In this document: positions 27,327 to 36,272 of the stretch, one piece after another
Position numbering within the stretch: the first letter of the stretch is position 1
Layout: every line of letters begins with the position of its first letter
Assembly (NCBI GenBank): GCA_048940925.1
Contig: JBHLOC010000025.1
Location: 6,016-70,015 of the forward strand
DNA length: 64,000 bases
Source: Promethearchaeota archaeon
GTDB lineage: Archaea; Asgardarchaeota; Lokiarchaeia; Sigyniarchaeales; SOKP01
Reading direction: 5' to 3'
Notes under the pieces: generated by a model
The model's database searches: none
What the model saw: the letters and a program-made list of their open reading frames with translations, nothing else
What the model was told of the DNA's origin: nothing
Program-made: the position numbers and the translations under genes

Positions 27327-27426
27327 ATTAATAAATAACATGATAAAAATGAATTATATTTTAATATTCAAATCTTCAAAATTAAGTGTAATAATATAAT
27401 TTTAAAAAAAATAAAAAAGAATTATT

Positions 27427-28929
27427 ATGACAAGTACTAAAGAAAGTTTTGTAAAAGGGATTATAGAACCAAGTGTAAACGCTGTAGAAGCAGCTAAAAA
27501 GATCCTCGAAGCGGAACAAGTAAAGTTCGTGTTATGTGCTTTTACAGATGTTCGAGGTATTTTTCAGAGTTTTAGCTCTCCTGTTCATCATTTTTTAAAA
27601 GGAGATCAATATTTTGAAACGGGAATTGGTTTTGATGGGTCGAGTATACGAGGATTTAGAGAACTTCACACTAGTGATATGATTTTCTATCCTGATCCTC
27701 AAGCTTTATATATCCTTCCTTGGACGACCGGTTTTCAAAAAACTGCAGTTTTAATAGGAAATATACGTGAACCGTTCGGAAGTATAGAAGCTGCTGACTG
27801 TGATCCTAGAGGATATGTAGCGCAGCGTGCCATAGATAAAGCTTCAGAATTGGGCTATACATCTTACTTTGGACCTGAAATTGAATTTTTTGTTTTTAAG
27901 TCTATAGATCCAAGTAAGTTAGATTATGATATTTTTACCAGCCCAAAGGGAGGTGCAGGAGATAGTTGGGGCCCACCAAGAGTGAATCCCGTATCTCCCG
28001 AAACCGAGATTGGGGGGTATATATTAAGACCTAAAGAAGCATACTTTAGGAATCCTCCTGAGGATACTACTAATGGTTATCGTAACGATCTTACAAATAC
28101 ACTCGAAACAATGGGATATACCGTTGAGATGCATCACCATGAGGTCTCTACTAAAGGACAAGTTGAAATAAACTATCGTTATAGTGACCTATTGGACACT
28201 GCGGATAAAGTTCAGATTTACAAGCTTGCTGCACGAAATATTGCTGCTAAATATGGATGGATTGCAACATTTATGCCAAAACCAATTTATTTAGATAATG
28301 CTAGTGGTATGCATGTTCATAATTCAATGTTCAAGGATGGTGAAAATGCTTTCTGGGATCCAGATGATGATTATGCTGAGATTAGTCAGGAATGTAGGTA
28401 TTATATTGGTGGCCTTCTCGAACATGCTGAAGCATTAACGGCGATATGTTGCCCAACAGTCAATTCATATAAACGATTAGTTCCTGGATTCGAGGCTCCT
28501 ATTAATATTATGTATAGTCGAAGAAATAGATCAGCATTAATCCGAATTCCAGTGTATTTAAAAGGTGAAAAATACAAAAATAGAAGACGTATAGAATATA
28601 GGGGAGTTGATCCCTCAACAAACTCTTACTTTGCTTTTGCGGCAATATTAACGGCAGGATTAGATGGAATTAAAAAGAAGATTGATCCTGGTGACCCTGT
28701 AGATAAGGATGTTTATGAAATGTCTGAATCAGAGAAAAAGTCTGCTGGTGTGAAACAATTACCAACAACTCTAAAAGATGCATTGGACATTATGGAAACT
28801 GATTCAATATCAAAAGAAATTCTTGGATCTCATCTCTATGATGCCTTCGTAGAATACAAAACAAATGAATGGAATCAGTTTTGTCTTTATGTAACACCTT
28901 GGGAAATTATGAAATATTTAGACTACTAA
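27427..28929 (+). CDS. glnA: Glutamine synthetase, divergent type I with a ~30-residue insertion
   Basis: FDGSSIRGF, PEIEFF, HHHEVS.KGQVEINYRY, ASGMHVHNS, NSYKRLVPGFEAP, RNRSALIRIP. 500 aa versus 450 aa for the second copy. Confidence 0.9.
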   Translation: MTSTKESFVKGIIEPSVNAVEAAKKILEAEQVKFVLCAFTDVRGIFQSFSSPVHHFLKGDQYFETGIGFDGSSIRGFRELHTSDMIFYPDPQALYILPWTTGFQKTAVLIGNIREPFGSIEAADCDPRGYVAQRAIDKASELGYTSYFGPEIEFFVFKSIDPSKLDYDIFTSPKGGAGDSWGPPRVNPVSPETEIGGYILRPKEAYFRNPPEDTTNGYRNDLTNTLETMGYTVEMHHHEVSTKGQVEINYRYSDLLDTADKVQIYKLAARNIAAKYGWIATFMPKPIYLDNASGMHVHNSMFKDGENAFWDPDDDYAEISQECRYYIGGLLEHAEALTAICCPTVNSYKRLVPGFEAPINIMYSRRNRSALIRIPVYLKGEKYKNRRRIEYRGVDPSTNSYFAFAAILTAGLDGIKKKIDPGDPVDKDVYEMSESEKKSAGVKQLPTTLKDALDIMETDSISKEILGSHLYDAFVEYKTNEWNQFCLYVTPWEIMKYLDY

Positions 28930-29309
28930 TTAAATTTTACTTATTTTTTGATAATTCAAATCTCCAAACCATAAAAATGAAAAAGAGATATAATATTAGT
29001 TGCGAAAGGCATTTAGACGAGAAAAATTTTTTAATTGAATACTATTGTTGTGAATACTCTTGAGGCGAGATATTAATAAATAGGTGATTAATTTATTTTT
29101 CAGATCAGAAACACAATTTAGAGTTAATTAGTCTGAAATAATCTAAACTTCAGGAAGGTTGAAAAGTGTGGCAGATAGTAAGAATTGTGAAAGAAATGTA
29201 ATTAAACTCGAGAATTCGATGGCAATTACATTCACCCAAGAATGGTTTAATAAAACTCACTTGAAAGATATTTATATCAAGAATATTAGAAGCAAAATTG
29301 CGATAGAAA

Positions 29310-29897
29310 ATGAATGAATTAGAAAATAATCACACGATAAATGACAGGATAACTATTGCAATAGATGAGCAAACAAAACAAATATTAAATCAGTTAAATA
29401 ATCACTCGGAGAGTTCTCGATCTGAAACAATAAGAAAAGCAATTAAATTTTATCATAAATTTAAGAAAGTTTTTGATCAAAAAGAAAAGGGGGTATCTGC
29501 TCAGGTAAACACTTACTTAGAATTACTTTCTAATGGAGAACATATTATTTTAGATGTAGATCATTATCTAACATTTTTAAAATTTATTGAAAATTCCCCG
29601 AATAAAGATCAGTTTGATGATTTCAATAAATCAATTGGTAGGGCTCATGCAGAAGAATTTTCTCATGATCTTAATATAACTACAGTCCAAAAAGTAGTAG
29701 AACGCCTTGAAGCATGCAATTTTTTCAAAATAATTAAAGATTCATCTAACAAATGTACCCTACTTTTAGGATCTGACATTCAAAAGAACTTTATTAAGAC
29801 TTTTTTAGAAGAAGTCTTAAAAGGTATGGGTTTTAAAGTAAGTATTAACGAAGGATTTTCTAAATTAAAGATAATTATAGAGGATTTTTCAATTTAG
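29310..29897 (+). CDS. Ribbon-helix-helix (CopG/NikR-like) domain protein with a ~140-aa C-terminal domain
   Basis: ITIAIDEQTKQILNQL...SRSETIRKAIKFYHKF fits the RHH strand-helix-helix pattern. Confidence 0.55.
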   Translation: MNELENNHTINDRITIAIDEQTKQILNQLNNHSESSRSETIRKAIKFYHKFKKVFDQKEKGVSAQVNTYLELLSNGEHIILDVDHYLTFLKFIENSPNKDQFDDFNKSIGRAHAEEFSHDLNITTVQKVVERLEACNFFKIIKDSSNKCTLLLGSDIQKNFIKTFLEEVLKGMGFKVSINEGFSKLKIIIEDFSI

Positions 29898-30175
29898 AAT
29901 TCTTCATTCTTTTAAATACAATCTTCAGGATTTTCAAATTGATATATATAATTTTCTCTGCTGCTGTTCTTCGATAAATAACGCTATATTTTAACTTTGG
30001 TTCGAATGTAATCTCAAGTTGATTATTCTCTTCATTATCTTTCATCCCCGAATTCGATCTATTGTCCAATCTAAGCTGTTATTATAAATTACGTCATTTT
30101 GATTTTTTCGCTCACTGATTTGAAAACATCCAAAGTATTGTAAGTACCTAAATAAAGAAAAAAATTACTTTTGAA

Positions 30176-30517
30176 CTATAAAATATCGTCTCCCTTTTCT
30201 CTCGTTCTTATTCTTATTGCGGTTTCGATAGGCATAATAAAGATTTTTCCATCCCCAGGTTTTCCTGTTTGGGCTTTTTCAATAATAGTATCTACAATTT
30301 CATCAATATTTATTTTCTCACTCACTACAATCTCAAGTTTTAATTTATCAATCCATTCTATGCAATATTTACCAGACCTATCTACCAGTTTTATTCCACG
30401 CTGGTGTCCATGACCTTTTACTTTATGGATACTCATACCTTTTATGTCTTTTTCAAATAATCCAGATTTAATTGCTTCTAATTTCTCCGGTCGTATAAAA
30501 CACTCTATTTTTTTCAT
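30176..30517 (-). CDS. glnK: P-II nitrogen regulatory protein
   Basis: 113 aa. MKKIECFIRPEKLE.., T-loop region KGHGHQRG.., C-terminal TGKPGDGKIFIMPIE.AIRIRT. Immediately downstream of amt. Confidence 0.9.
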   Translation of the reverse strand: MKKIECFIRPEKLEAIKSGLFEKDIKGMSIHKVKGHGHQRGIKLVDRSGKYCIEWIDKLKLEIVVSEKINIDEIVDTIIEKAQTGKPGDGKIFIMPIETAIRIRTREKGDDIL

Positions 30518-30535
30518 CTTATTTTTATACCTCCA

Positions 30536-31735
30536 TTATGCTTTTTCTCCGTGGATTGAAATATCTATACCTACGTATTCTTCTTCTTCAGATGCTCTCA
30601 AACCAATTAGTTTATCGATCACTTTCGCAATTACCCAAGTTATTACAAAAGTATATCCAATTGTCGCTATAATTCCTACAGTTTGAATCCATACTTGTCC
30701 AGGGTTGCCTGATATTAATCCTGTAGCCCCCACACTTGCAAAAATTCCGGTAGCAATCGCGCCCCAAATACCTCCCCATCCATGAATAGCCCACGCATCT
30801 AAAGATTCATCAATTTTCGATTTTGAACGCCAAGAAAGTATACCATAACAAATTATTGCAACCACAGCCCCGATTATCAATGCGACCCACGGTTGAACAA
30901 AACCAGCAGCAGGAGTAATTGCGACCAGCCCCGCTAAACCACCCGTTGCTAATCCAAGAGTACTAAATTTTCCCGTTTTATAATATTCTATAATCATCCA
31001 AACTAAGGCTGCTACACTCGCCGCTAATTGTGTATTAAACATAGCTAATACAGCGGTACTGTCTGCAGCTAAAGCACTCCCCCCATTAAACCCAAACCAT
31101 CCTAACCAAAGTAGTCCCATTCCTAGTAATACATTAGGAATATTTGAAGGTTCTATCGATTCTTCTTGATATCCTTTCCTTGGCCCAATTACCAGGGCAA
31201 CTGCTAAGGAGGCAAATCCTACATTTACATGCACAACGGTACCTCCAGCGAAATCCAGAGCTCCTAGAAAACCTAACCACCCACCATCTCCCCAAACCCA
31301 ATGGGCTATAGGAGAATATACTATTATCAGCCAGATTGAGATAAATATCATGAATGCTTTAAAATTAACTCTCTCTGCGAAAGGACTTGCTATAATCGCT
31401 ACAGTAATTATTGCAAACATCAATTGAAACGCCATATATAAAAGATGTGGTATTGTATCAGAATATACTGGATAGGCTTCTGTTCCTACTCCGAAAAGTG
31501 CAAGGAAATTAAAGCCTCCAATAAATCCACCACCCATATCGGGAGCAAAAGCCAAACTATAGCCAATTATGAACCAACCAACTGTTACTATTAATATTGA
31601 GACAAAACACATTGCCATCATATTTATAATATTCTTCTTACGTAGCAAACCCCCATAAAAGAATGCTAACCCCGGAGTCATAATAAAAACTAACCCAGTA
31701 CATATCAAGATAAAAGATATATCTCCACTTGACAA
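30536..31735 (-). CDS. amt: Ammonium transporter
   Basis: LVFIMTPGLAFFYGG, DFAGGTVVHVNVG, GWFGFNGGSA, IHGWGGIWGAIATG. TTG start. Confidence 0.95.
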   Translation of the reverse strand: MSSGDISFILICTGLVFIMTPGLAFFYGGLLRKKNIINMMAMCFVSILIVTVGWFIIGYSLAFAPDMGGGFIGGFNFLALFGVGTEAYPVYSDTIPHLLYMAFQLMFAIITVAIIASPFAERVNFKAFMIFISIWLIIVYSPIAHWVWGDGGWLGFLGALDFAGGTVVHVNVGFASLAVALVIGPRKGYQEESIEPSNIPNVLLGMGLLWLGWFGFNGGSALAADSTAVLAMFNTQLAASVAALVWMIIEYYKTGKFSTLGLATGGLAGLVAITPAAGFVQPWVALIIGAVVAIICYGILSWRSKSKIDESLDAWAIHGWGGIWGAIATGIFASVGATGLISGNPGQVWIQTVGIIATIGYTFVITWVIAKVIDKLIGLRASEEEEYVGIDISIHGEKA

Positions 31736-31928
31736 ATTTATCCACTTTAATAATATTTTAATTTTATTAATTATGGTTTCATTTGATTTAGATTTTGTAT
31801 TCTAAAACTCAAATATAATGAAAAACATCGAATATAAAAGGTTAATTGAGAAAAAAAATTATAGATTAAGATCTTTTAGCTAATTTTATTAACGATCATG
31901 TATTGAATAACAATAAGTTCTTTCATTT

Positions 31929-32081
31929 TATGAAAAAATATGAAATACTCATAAAAGATTGAATAAATAAATAATAATAAAGAAAAAATATCTAAGTTTT
32001 TACAATATCATGAGAAAATTAAATATATGTACCAGGTAAATTTCACTATTAGTTCATAATATAGTTTATATGAAAAAATAT
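31929..32081 (+). repeat. Exact 13-nt direct repeat TATGAAAAAATAT (two copies) in the amt / glnA divergent spacer
   Basis: Copies at 31929-31941 and 32069-32081. A looser third copy (TAATGAAAAACAT) lies near 31816. Confidence 0.6.
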
Positions 32082-32127
32082 AATTGAGTATAATAGAATA
32101 TATTGAAAAAAAATAAAATGAAGAGAA

Positions 32128-33480
32128 ATGATTGAAAAAGACGATCCAAAAAGGAAAGAGATTTGTGATAAAGTAATAGAGAAGATTAAAGAAGAGGATA
32201 TAAAATTTATTTATCTTCAATTTACTGATATCCATGGAATTATTAAATCTTTTGAAATAAACTCCAAGAGGATTGAGGATATTTTTGAAGTAGGTGAGAA
32301 TTTCGACGGGAGTTCTATAACGGGTTACGGAGCGATTGAAGAGAGTGATAAAGTTGCACTTCCTGATCCTAGCACATTTTATCTTTTGCCTTGGAGAAAA
32401 GAAAATAAGGTTGCAAGGGTAATTTGTGATATCTATAAACCTGATGGAAAACGGTATGAAGGAGACCCTCGCAGAATATTACAAAGAGCTGTCAATAAAG
32501 CAAAAGAACTAGGTTATGATTACTATTGTGCTCCAGAAATGGAGTTCTTCATATTAACCCCAGATACCGAAAAAGCATTTAAGCCCTCAGATATGAGAGG
32601 ATATTTCGATTATGATCCATATGATGTTAACGAAATAATAAGGTATAGAATTGCAGAATATTGCGATGCAATGGGTATTTCTGCAGAGTGTGTACATCAT
32701 GAAGTTGCATTTGGACAGCATGAGGTAGATTTCAGATATGATGAAGCAGTAAATACAGCAGATAACACAGTTACAATAAAAACGATAGTTAAAACTGTCT
32801 CGGCGCAACATAATTTATTAGGAACATTTATGCCTAAACCTTTTGATGGGATTAATGGATCAGGCATGCATGTACATCAATCTTTATGGAATAATGGGAA
32901 TAATATCTTTTATGATGAAAATGATAAAGATCATATTTCGATTATCATGAAAAGATGGATTGCAGGTCAATTAAAACACGCTATCTCGATGTGTGCTGTT
33001 TTAAGTAGTTGGCCTAATTCTTATAAGAGATTAGTTCCTGGATTTGAGGCTCCAGTTTATCTTGCTTGGGGTTTTAGGAATAGATCTCCTTTAATCAGGG
33101 TACCAGATTTTCATAATAAATCCACCGCAGCTAGATGTGAAATTCGTTGTCCAGATCCTGCTGGTAATCCTTATCTTCAATTTGCTGTTCTTCTCGCTTC
33201 AGGATTAGATGGGATTTTATCAGAGGAAATTGACATTCCTGAACCAACCGATAGAAATGTATATCATTTATCTTCAAAAGAAATGGAAAAAGAAGGTATT
33301 ATTTCATTACCAGGGAGTCTTAGTGAAGCTTTAAAGTATTTTAGAGATTCAGAATTTATGAAGGAAGTTTTCGGAGAATTAGCATTTAAAAACTACTATT
33401 ATGCCAAATTGGAGGAATTTGATAAATACAGAGTCGTAGTGAGCGAATGGGAGAGAAATAGATATATAACTCATTTGTAG
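32128..33480 (+). CDS. glnA: Glutamine synthetase type I (canonical archaeal length)
   Basis: FDGSSITGY, PEMEFF, VHHEVAFGQHEVDFRY, GSGMHVHQS, NSYKRLVPGFEAP, RNRSPLIRVP. Confidence 0.95.
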   Translation: MIEKDDPKRKEICDKVIEKIKEEDIKFIYLQFTDIHGIIKSFEINSKRIEDIFEVGENFDGSSITGYGAIEESDKVALPDPSTFYLLPWRKENKVARVICDIYKPDGKRYEGDPRRILQRAVNKAKELGYDYYCAPEMEFFILTPDTEKAFKPSDMRGYFDYDPYDVNEIIRYRIAEYCDAMGISAECVHHEVAFGQHEVDFRYDEAVNTADNTVTIKTIVKTVSAQHNLLGTFMPKPFDGINGSGMHVHQSLWNNGNNIFYDENDKDHISIIMKRWIAGQLKHAISMCAVLSSWPNSYKRLVPGFEAPVYLAWGFRNRSPLIRVPDFHNKSTAARCEIRCPDPAGNPYLQFAVLLASGLDGILSEEIDIPEPTDRNVYHLSSKEMEKEGIISLPGSLSEALKYFRDSEFMKEVFGELAFKNYYYAKLEEFDKYRVVVSEWERNRYITHL

Positions 33481-33481
33481 G

Positions 33482-33492
33482 TTTCTTTTTTT
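33482..33492 (+). terminator. Oligo-T stretch after glnA (archaeal-type terminator candidate)
   Basis: TTTCTTTTTTT directly after the TAG stop. Confidence 0.35.
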
Positions 33493-33706
33493 CATTGAAA
33501 TAGTAATTCAGTCAATTTAAAACATAGAAATATTTTATATTTAATTTAAAATCTATTTTTCTTTTAATTATATTATGTTTTGCTGAATGCAGAACAAAAA
33601 TATTAGAATTAAGGGTTGTAGTTAACATAAAGCATTTCAATTTATATAAAATAAAGATTTATCAAATTATGTTCATCCAAAATTTTTCAAAATTAAGGTT
33701 TTTTAA

Positions 33707-33865
33707 ATGAAAGAGGTTACTAAAATATTAAAAGGAAATATCAATAAATTGGTTGATCTAATCAATGAATTTTTAAGAAAGAATGCAGATAAGAATGCCG
33801 AATTGGTTTCTGTTGCTAATTTTGGAGATCGCAAATATTTAGCATTCCTTCAATATGATGTATGA
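33707..33865 (+). CDS. Small hypothetical ORF (52 aa) inside the segment between the two glnA 3'-end copies
   Basis: ATG preceded by AAGG. Translation is MKEVTKILKGNINKLVDLINEFLRKNADKNAELVSVANFGDRKYLAFLQYDV. Below the ORF-track size cut-off. Confidence 0.3.
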   Translation: MKEVTKILKGNINKLVDLINEFLRKNADKNAELVSVANFGDRKYLAFLQYDV

Positions 33866-34253
33866 TAAATCCAAGATAAACAATAAAATTCAGATTATAT
33901 AATTATCAATCCTCTTTTTTTGATTAAATTTTCTAAAGAAATTTCTGATCAGCAATTTCAGATCTTTAATGGGATCTCTTCTAAATGCGTACGATTAGAA
34001 AAAGAAAACCTTATAAAACAGGCTAAAAAAATTAACTAAGAGAAAGAAAAGTTAGAACTGGAGAAAAGAAAAACAAAATTGAAAGACAGAAGGTTTTTGA
34101 TAATTTTGGGAATTGCATTGCTTGGGATCACTGGTGTTGGCACCACTATCGTCATGAGTATCCACCATTGTAGTAGATATGGATGAACAAGCAATAGTAA
34201 CCACAAGAGAATAAAAATATTTATAAAATGGATTACAAAGGAGATAGAATTAC

Positions 34254-34322
34254 ATGGATTTTTCACACAAATTAGTGGTAGTAAGTGAATGGGAAAAAAA
34301 CAGATATATAACTCATTTGTAA
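34254..34322 (+). other. Diverged duplicate of the glnA 3' end; forms a 22-codon mini-ORF with its own SD
   Basis: MDFSHKLVVVSEWEKNRYITHL* versus the glnA C-terminus EEFDKYRVVVSEWERNRYITHL*. The last 47 nt are 41/47 identical, and 5 of the 6 differences are synonymous. AAGGAG lies 10 nt before the ATG, and a T-rich stretch follows the stop. Confidence 0.5.
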
Positions 34323-34446
34323 TCCTTTTTCTTGACTTTTTTTATATAGCTTTTAAGATTAATTTAAAGTCTTTATACAACTTATTTTTATATATATAAA
34401 ATTTATACAAAAAACAAGATAATAATATATTTTGAGTGTTTAAAAA

Positions 34447-36096
34447 ATGCGAAATTCAAAATTAAAGGTTTTAATTGCTCAAATTAATCCTATTGTAGGA
34501 GATATTAACCATAACGCAAAAAAAATAATTGATATTATAAGAGACAATCAGGATTGTGATATTATAGTTTTTCCTGAAATGGCACTTGTTGGCTATCCAA
34601 TTATGGATCATATTTATGATCCAGTGATCAAAAATAGAAATCTTGATGCTATTAGAAAAATCAAGCAAACCAAAACGCAGGCAACAATAATTTTAGGAAC
34701 TTTTACAGAACCAGAAAATTTAAAGGGAAAAATCCAGCGGTTTTATAATTCTGCTGTTATAATCGAAAATAATGAAATAAAAGCTTACGTCAATAAACGC
34801 TTATTACCAAATTATGATATATTTGATGAGAGAAGATATTTTTCATTTGATGATAAATACGAACCTTTGGAACTCAAGGGATATAAAGTAGGAATATTAA
34901 TATGTGAAGATATATGGGATGAGCATTATGATATAAAAGTAGCAAGGAATTTAGTTTCTAATGGTGCTGAAATTTTAATCGTTATAAATGCTTCTCCGTA
35001 TCACATAAATAAGTTTAGGTTAAGAAGTGATTTAGTTAAGGAGAAATCTAACAGTCTTTCAGTCCCTGTCATATATGTAAATATGGTGGGTGGTCTTGAT
35101 GAAATAGTATATGATGGTCAAAGTTTTATAACAAATAAGTTTGGTCAGATAATTTTTAAAGCAAAAGCATTTGAAGAAGATATCTGCTCATTTGAAGTCC
35201 CTATGAAAGATAATGAGCTAATTAAAGAAAAAGATTATACAATTGAATGGAGAGATGAAGCGATAAATGCTCTAACATTAAATTTATATGATTATTATTA
35301 TAAAAGTGGAATTTTTGATGGTGTCGTTTTAGGGCTAAGTGGAGGGATTGATTCAGCTTTTACTGCTTATATTTGTGATAAAGCTCTTGGTTCAGATAAA
35401 GTAACAGCTATTATGATGCCCACAAAATTTACTTCAAAAGAAAGTATTAATCTTGCCCGCAACTTATGTGAGAATTTAAACCTTAAGTATATAATCCATC
35501 CTATTGATGAATTATTTGATGTTTATGAGACTAATTTAGAAAAAAATCTAGGAAATTTACCTTTTGATATAGCAGATGAGAATCTACAAGCAAGAATTAG
35601 AGCAAATGTTTTGATGTATTATTCAAATAAATTCAATTGGTTATTAGTTTCCACTGGTAATAAATCCGAGATTGGAGTAGGTTATTGTACTTTATATGGT
35701 GATACATGCGGAGGGAAAAATGTTCCTGGAGATCTTTTAAAAGTTCAAATATATGAAATCTGTAATTGGATTAATAAAGAGAAAGAAATAATTCCTAAAG
35801 GGATTATTGAAAGACCTCCAACTGCAGAATTACGAGAAAATCAAAAAGATAGTGATTCATTACCTACTTATGAAATCCTTGATGTAATATTAGAGGAAAT
35901 AATTGAGAATGGAATTGGTTCTGAATTTACAAATTTGAAAAGTAAGGGTTATGATATTAATATAATCAATAAGGTAAGAAACCTTTATTTAAATTCAGAA
36001 TATAAACGCAGACAATTAGTTCAAACAATTAAAGTGAGTGAAAGTGCTTTTGGAATCGGGAGGAGATATCCTGTATTAAAAAAAATAAAATTCTAA
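34447..36096 (+). CDS. nadE: Glutamine-dependent NAD+ synthetase (nitrilase-like glutaminase + NadE synthetase domains)
   Basis: N-terminal CN-hydrolase domain (FPEMALVGY, ILICEDIW), then PP-loop GLSGGIDSA and the synthetase domain. Confidence 0.95.
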   Translation: MRNSKLKVLIAQINPIVGDINHNAKKIIDIIRDNQDCDIIVFPEMALVGYPIMDHIYDPVIKNRNLDAIRKIKQTKTQATIILGTFTEPENLKGKIQRFYNSAVIIENNEIKAYVNKRLLPNYDIFDERRYFSFDDKYEPLELKGYKVGILICEDIWDEHYDIKVARNLVSNGAEILIVINASPYHINKFRLRSDLVKEKSNSLSVPVIYVNMVGGLDEIVYDGQSFITNKFGQIIFKAKAFEEDICSFEVPMKDNELIKEKDYTIEWRDEAINALTLNLYDYYYKSGIFDGVVLGLSGGIDSAFTAYICDKALGSDKVTAIMMPTKFTSKESINLARNLCENLNLKYIIHPIDELFDVYETNLEKNLGNLPFDIADENLQARIRANVLMYYSNKFNWLLVSTGNKSEIGVGYCTLYGDTCGGKNVPGDLLKVQIYEICNWINKEKEIIPKGIIERPPTAELRENQKDSDSLPTYEILDVILEEIIENGIGSEFTNLKSKGYDINIINKVRNLYLNSEYKRRQLVQTIKVSESAFGIGRRYPVLKKIKF

Positions 36097-36272
36097 CGAA
36101 TAAGTAAATAATCATCATAATTACTTTGAAGAAAATGATGTTTTACTTGGTTATATGAGGAAATGGAAGAGAATTGAAGATAATATTCATTTTCACAATA
36201 TTTATATAATATTTTTACACTAGTATATTGAATATTTTTATTAGTTTGATATGATAATCTTAAGGGTGATTT

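Noticed and set aside
34036-34266. 76-aa minus-strand ORF from the track, in the segment between the two glnA 3'-end copies.
   Set aside because: It is antisense to a more protein-like plus-strand coiled-coil/TM reading (33920-34186), which is itself broken by a stop. Its sequence is low-complexity, hydrophobic and S/F-rich, it has a GTG start, and it overlaps the mini-ORF start.
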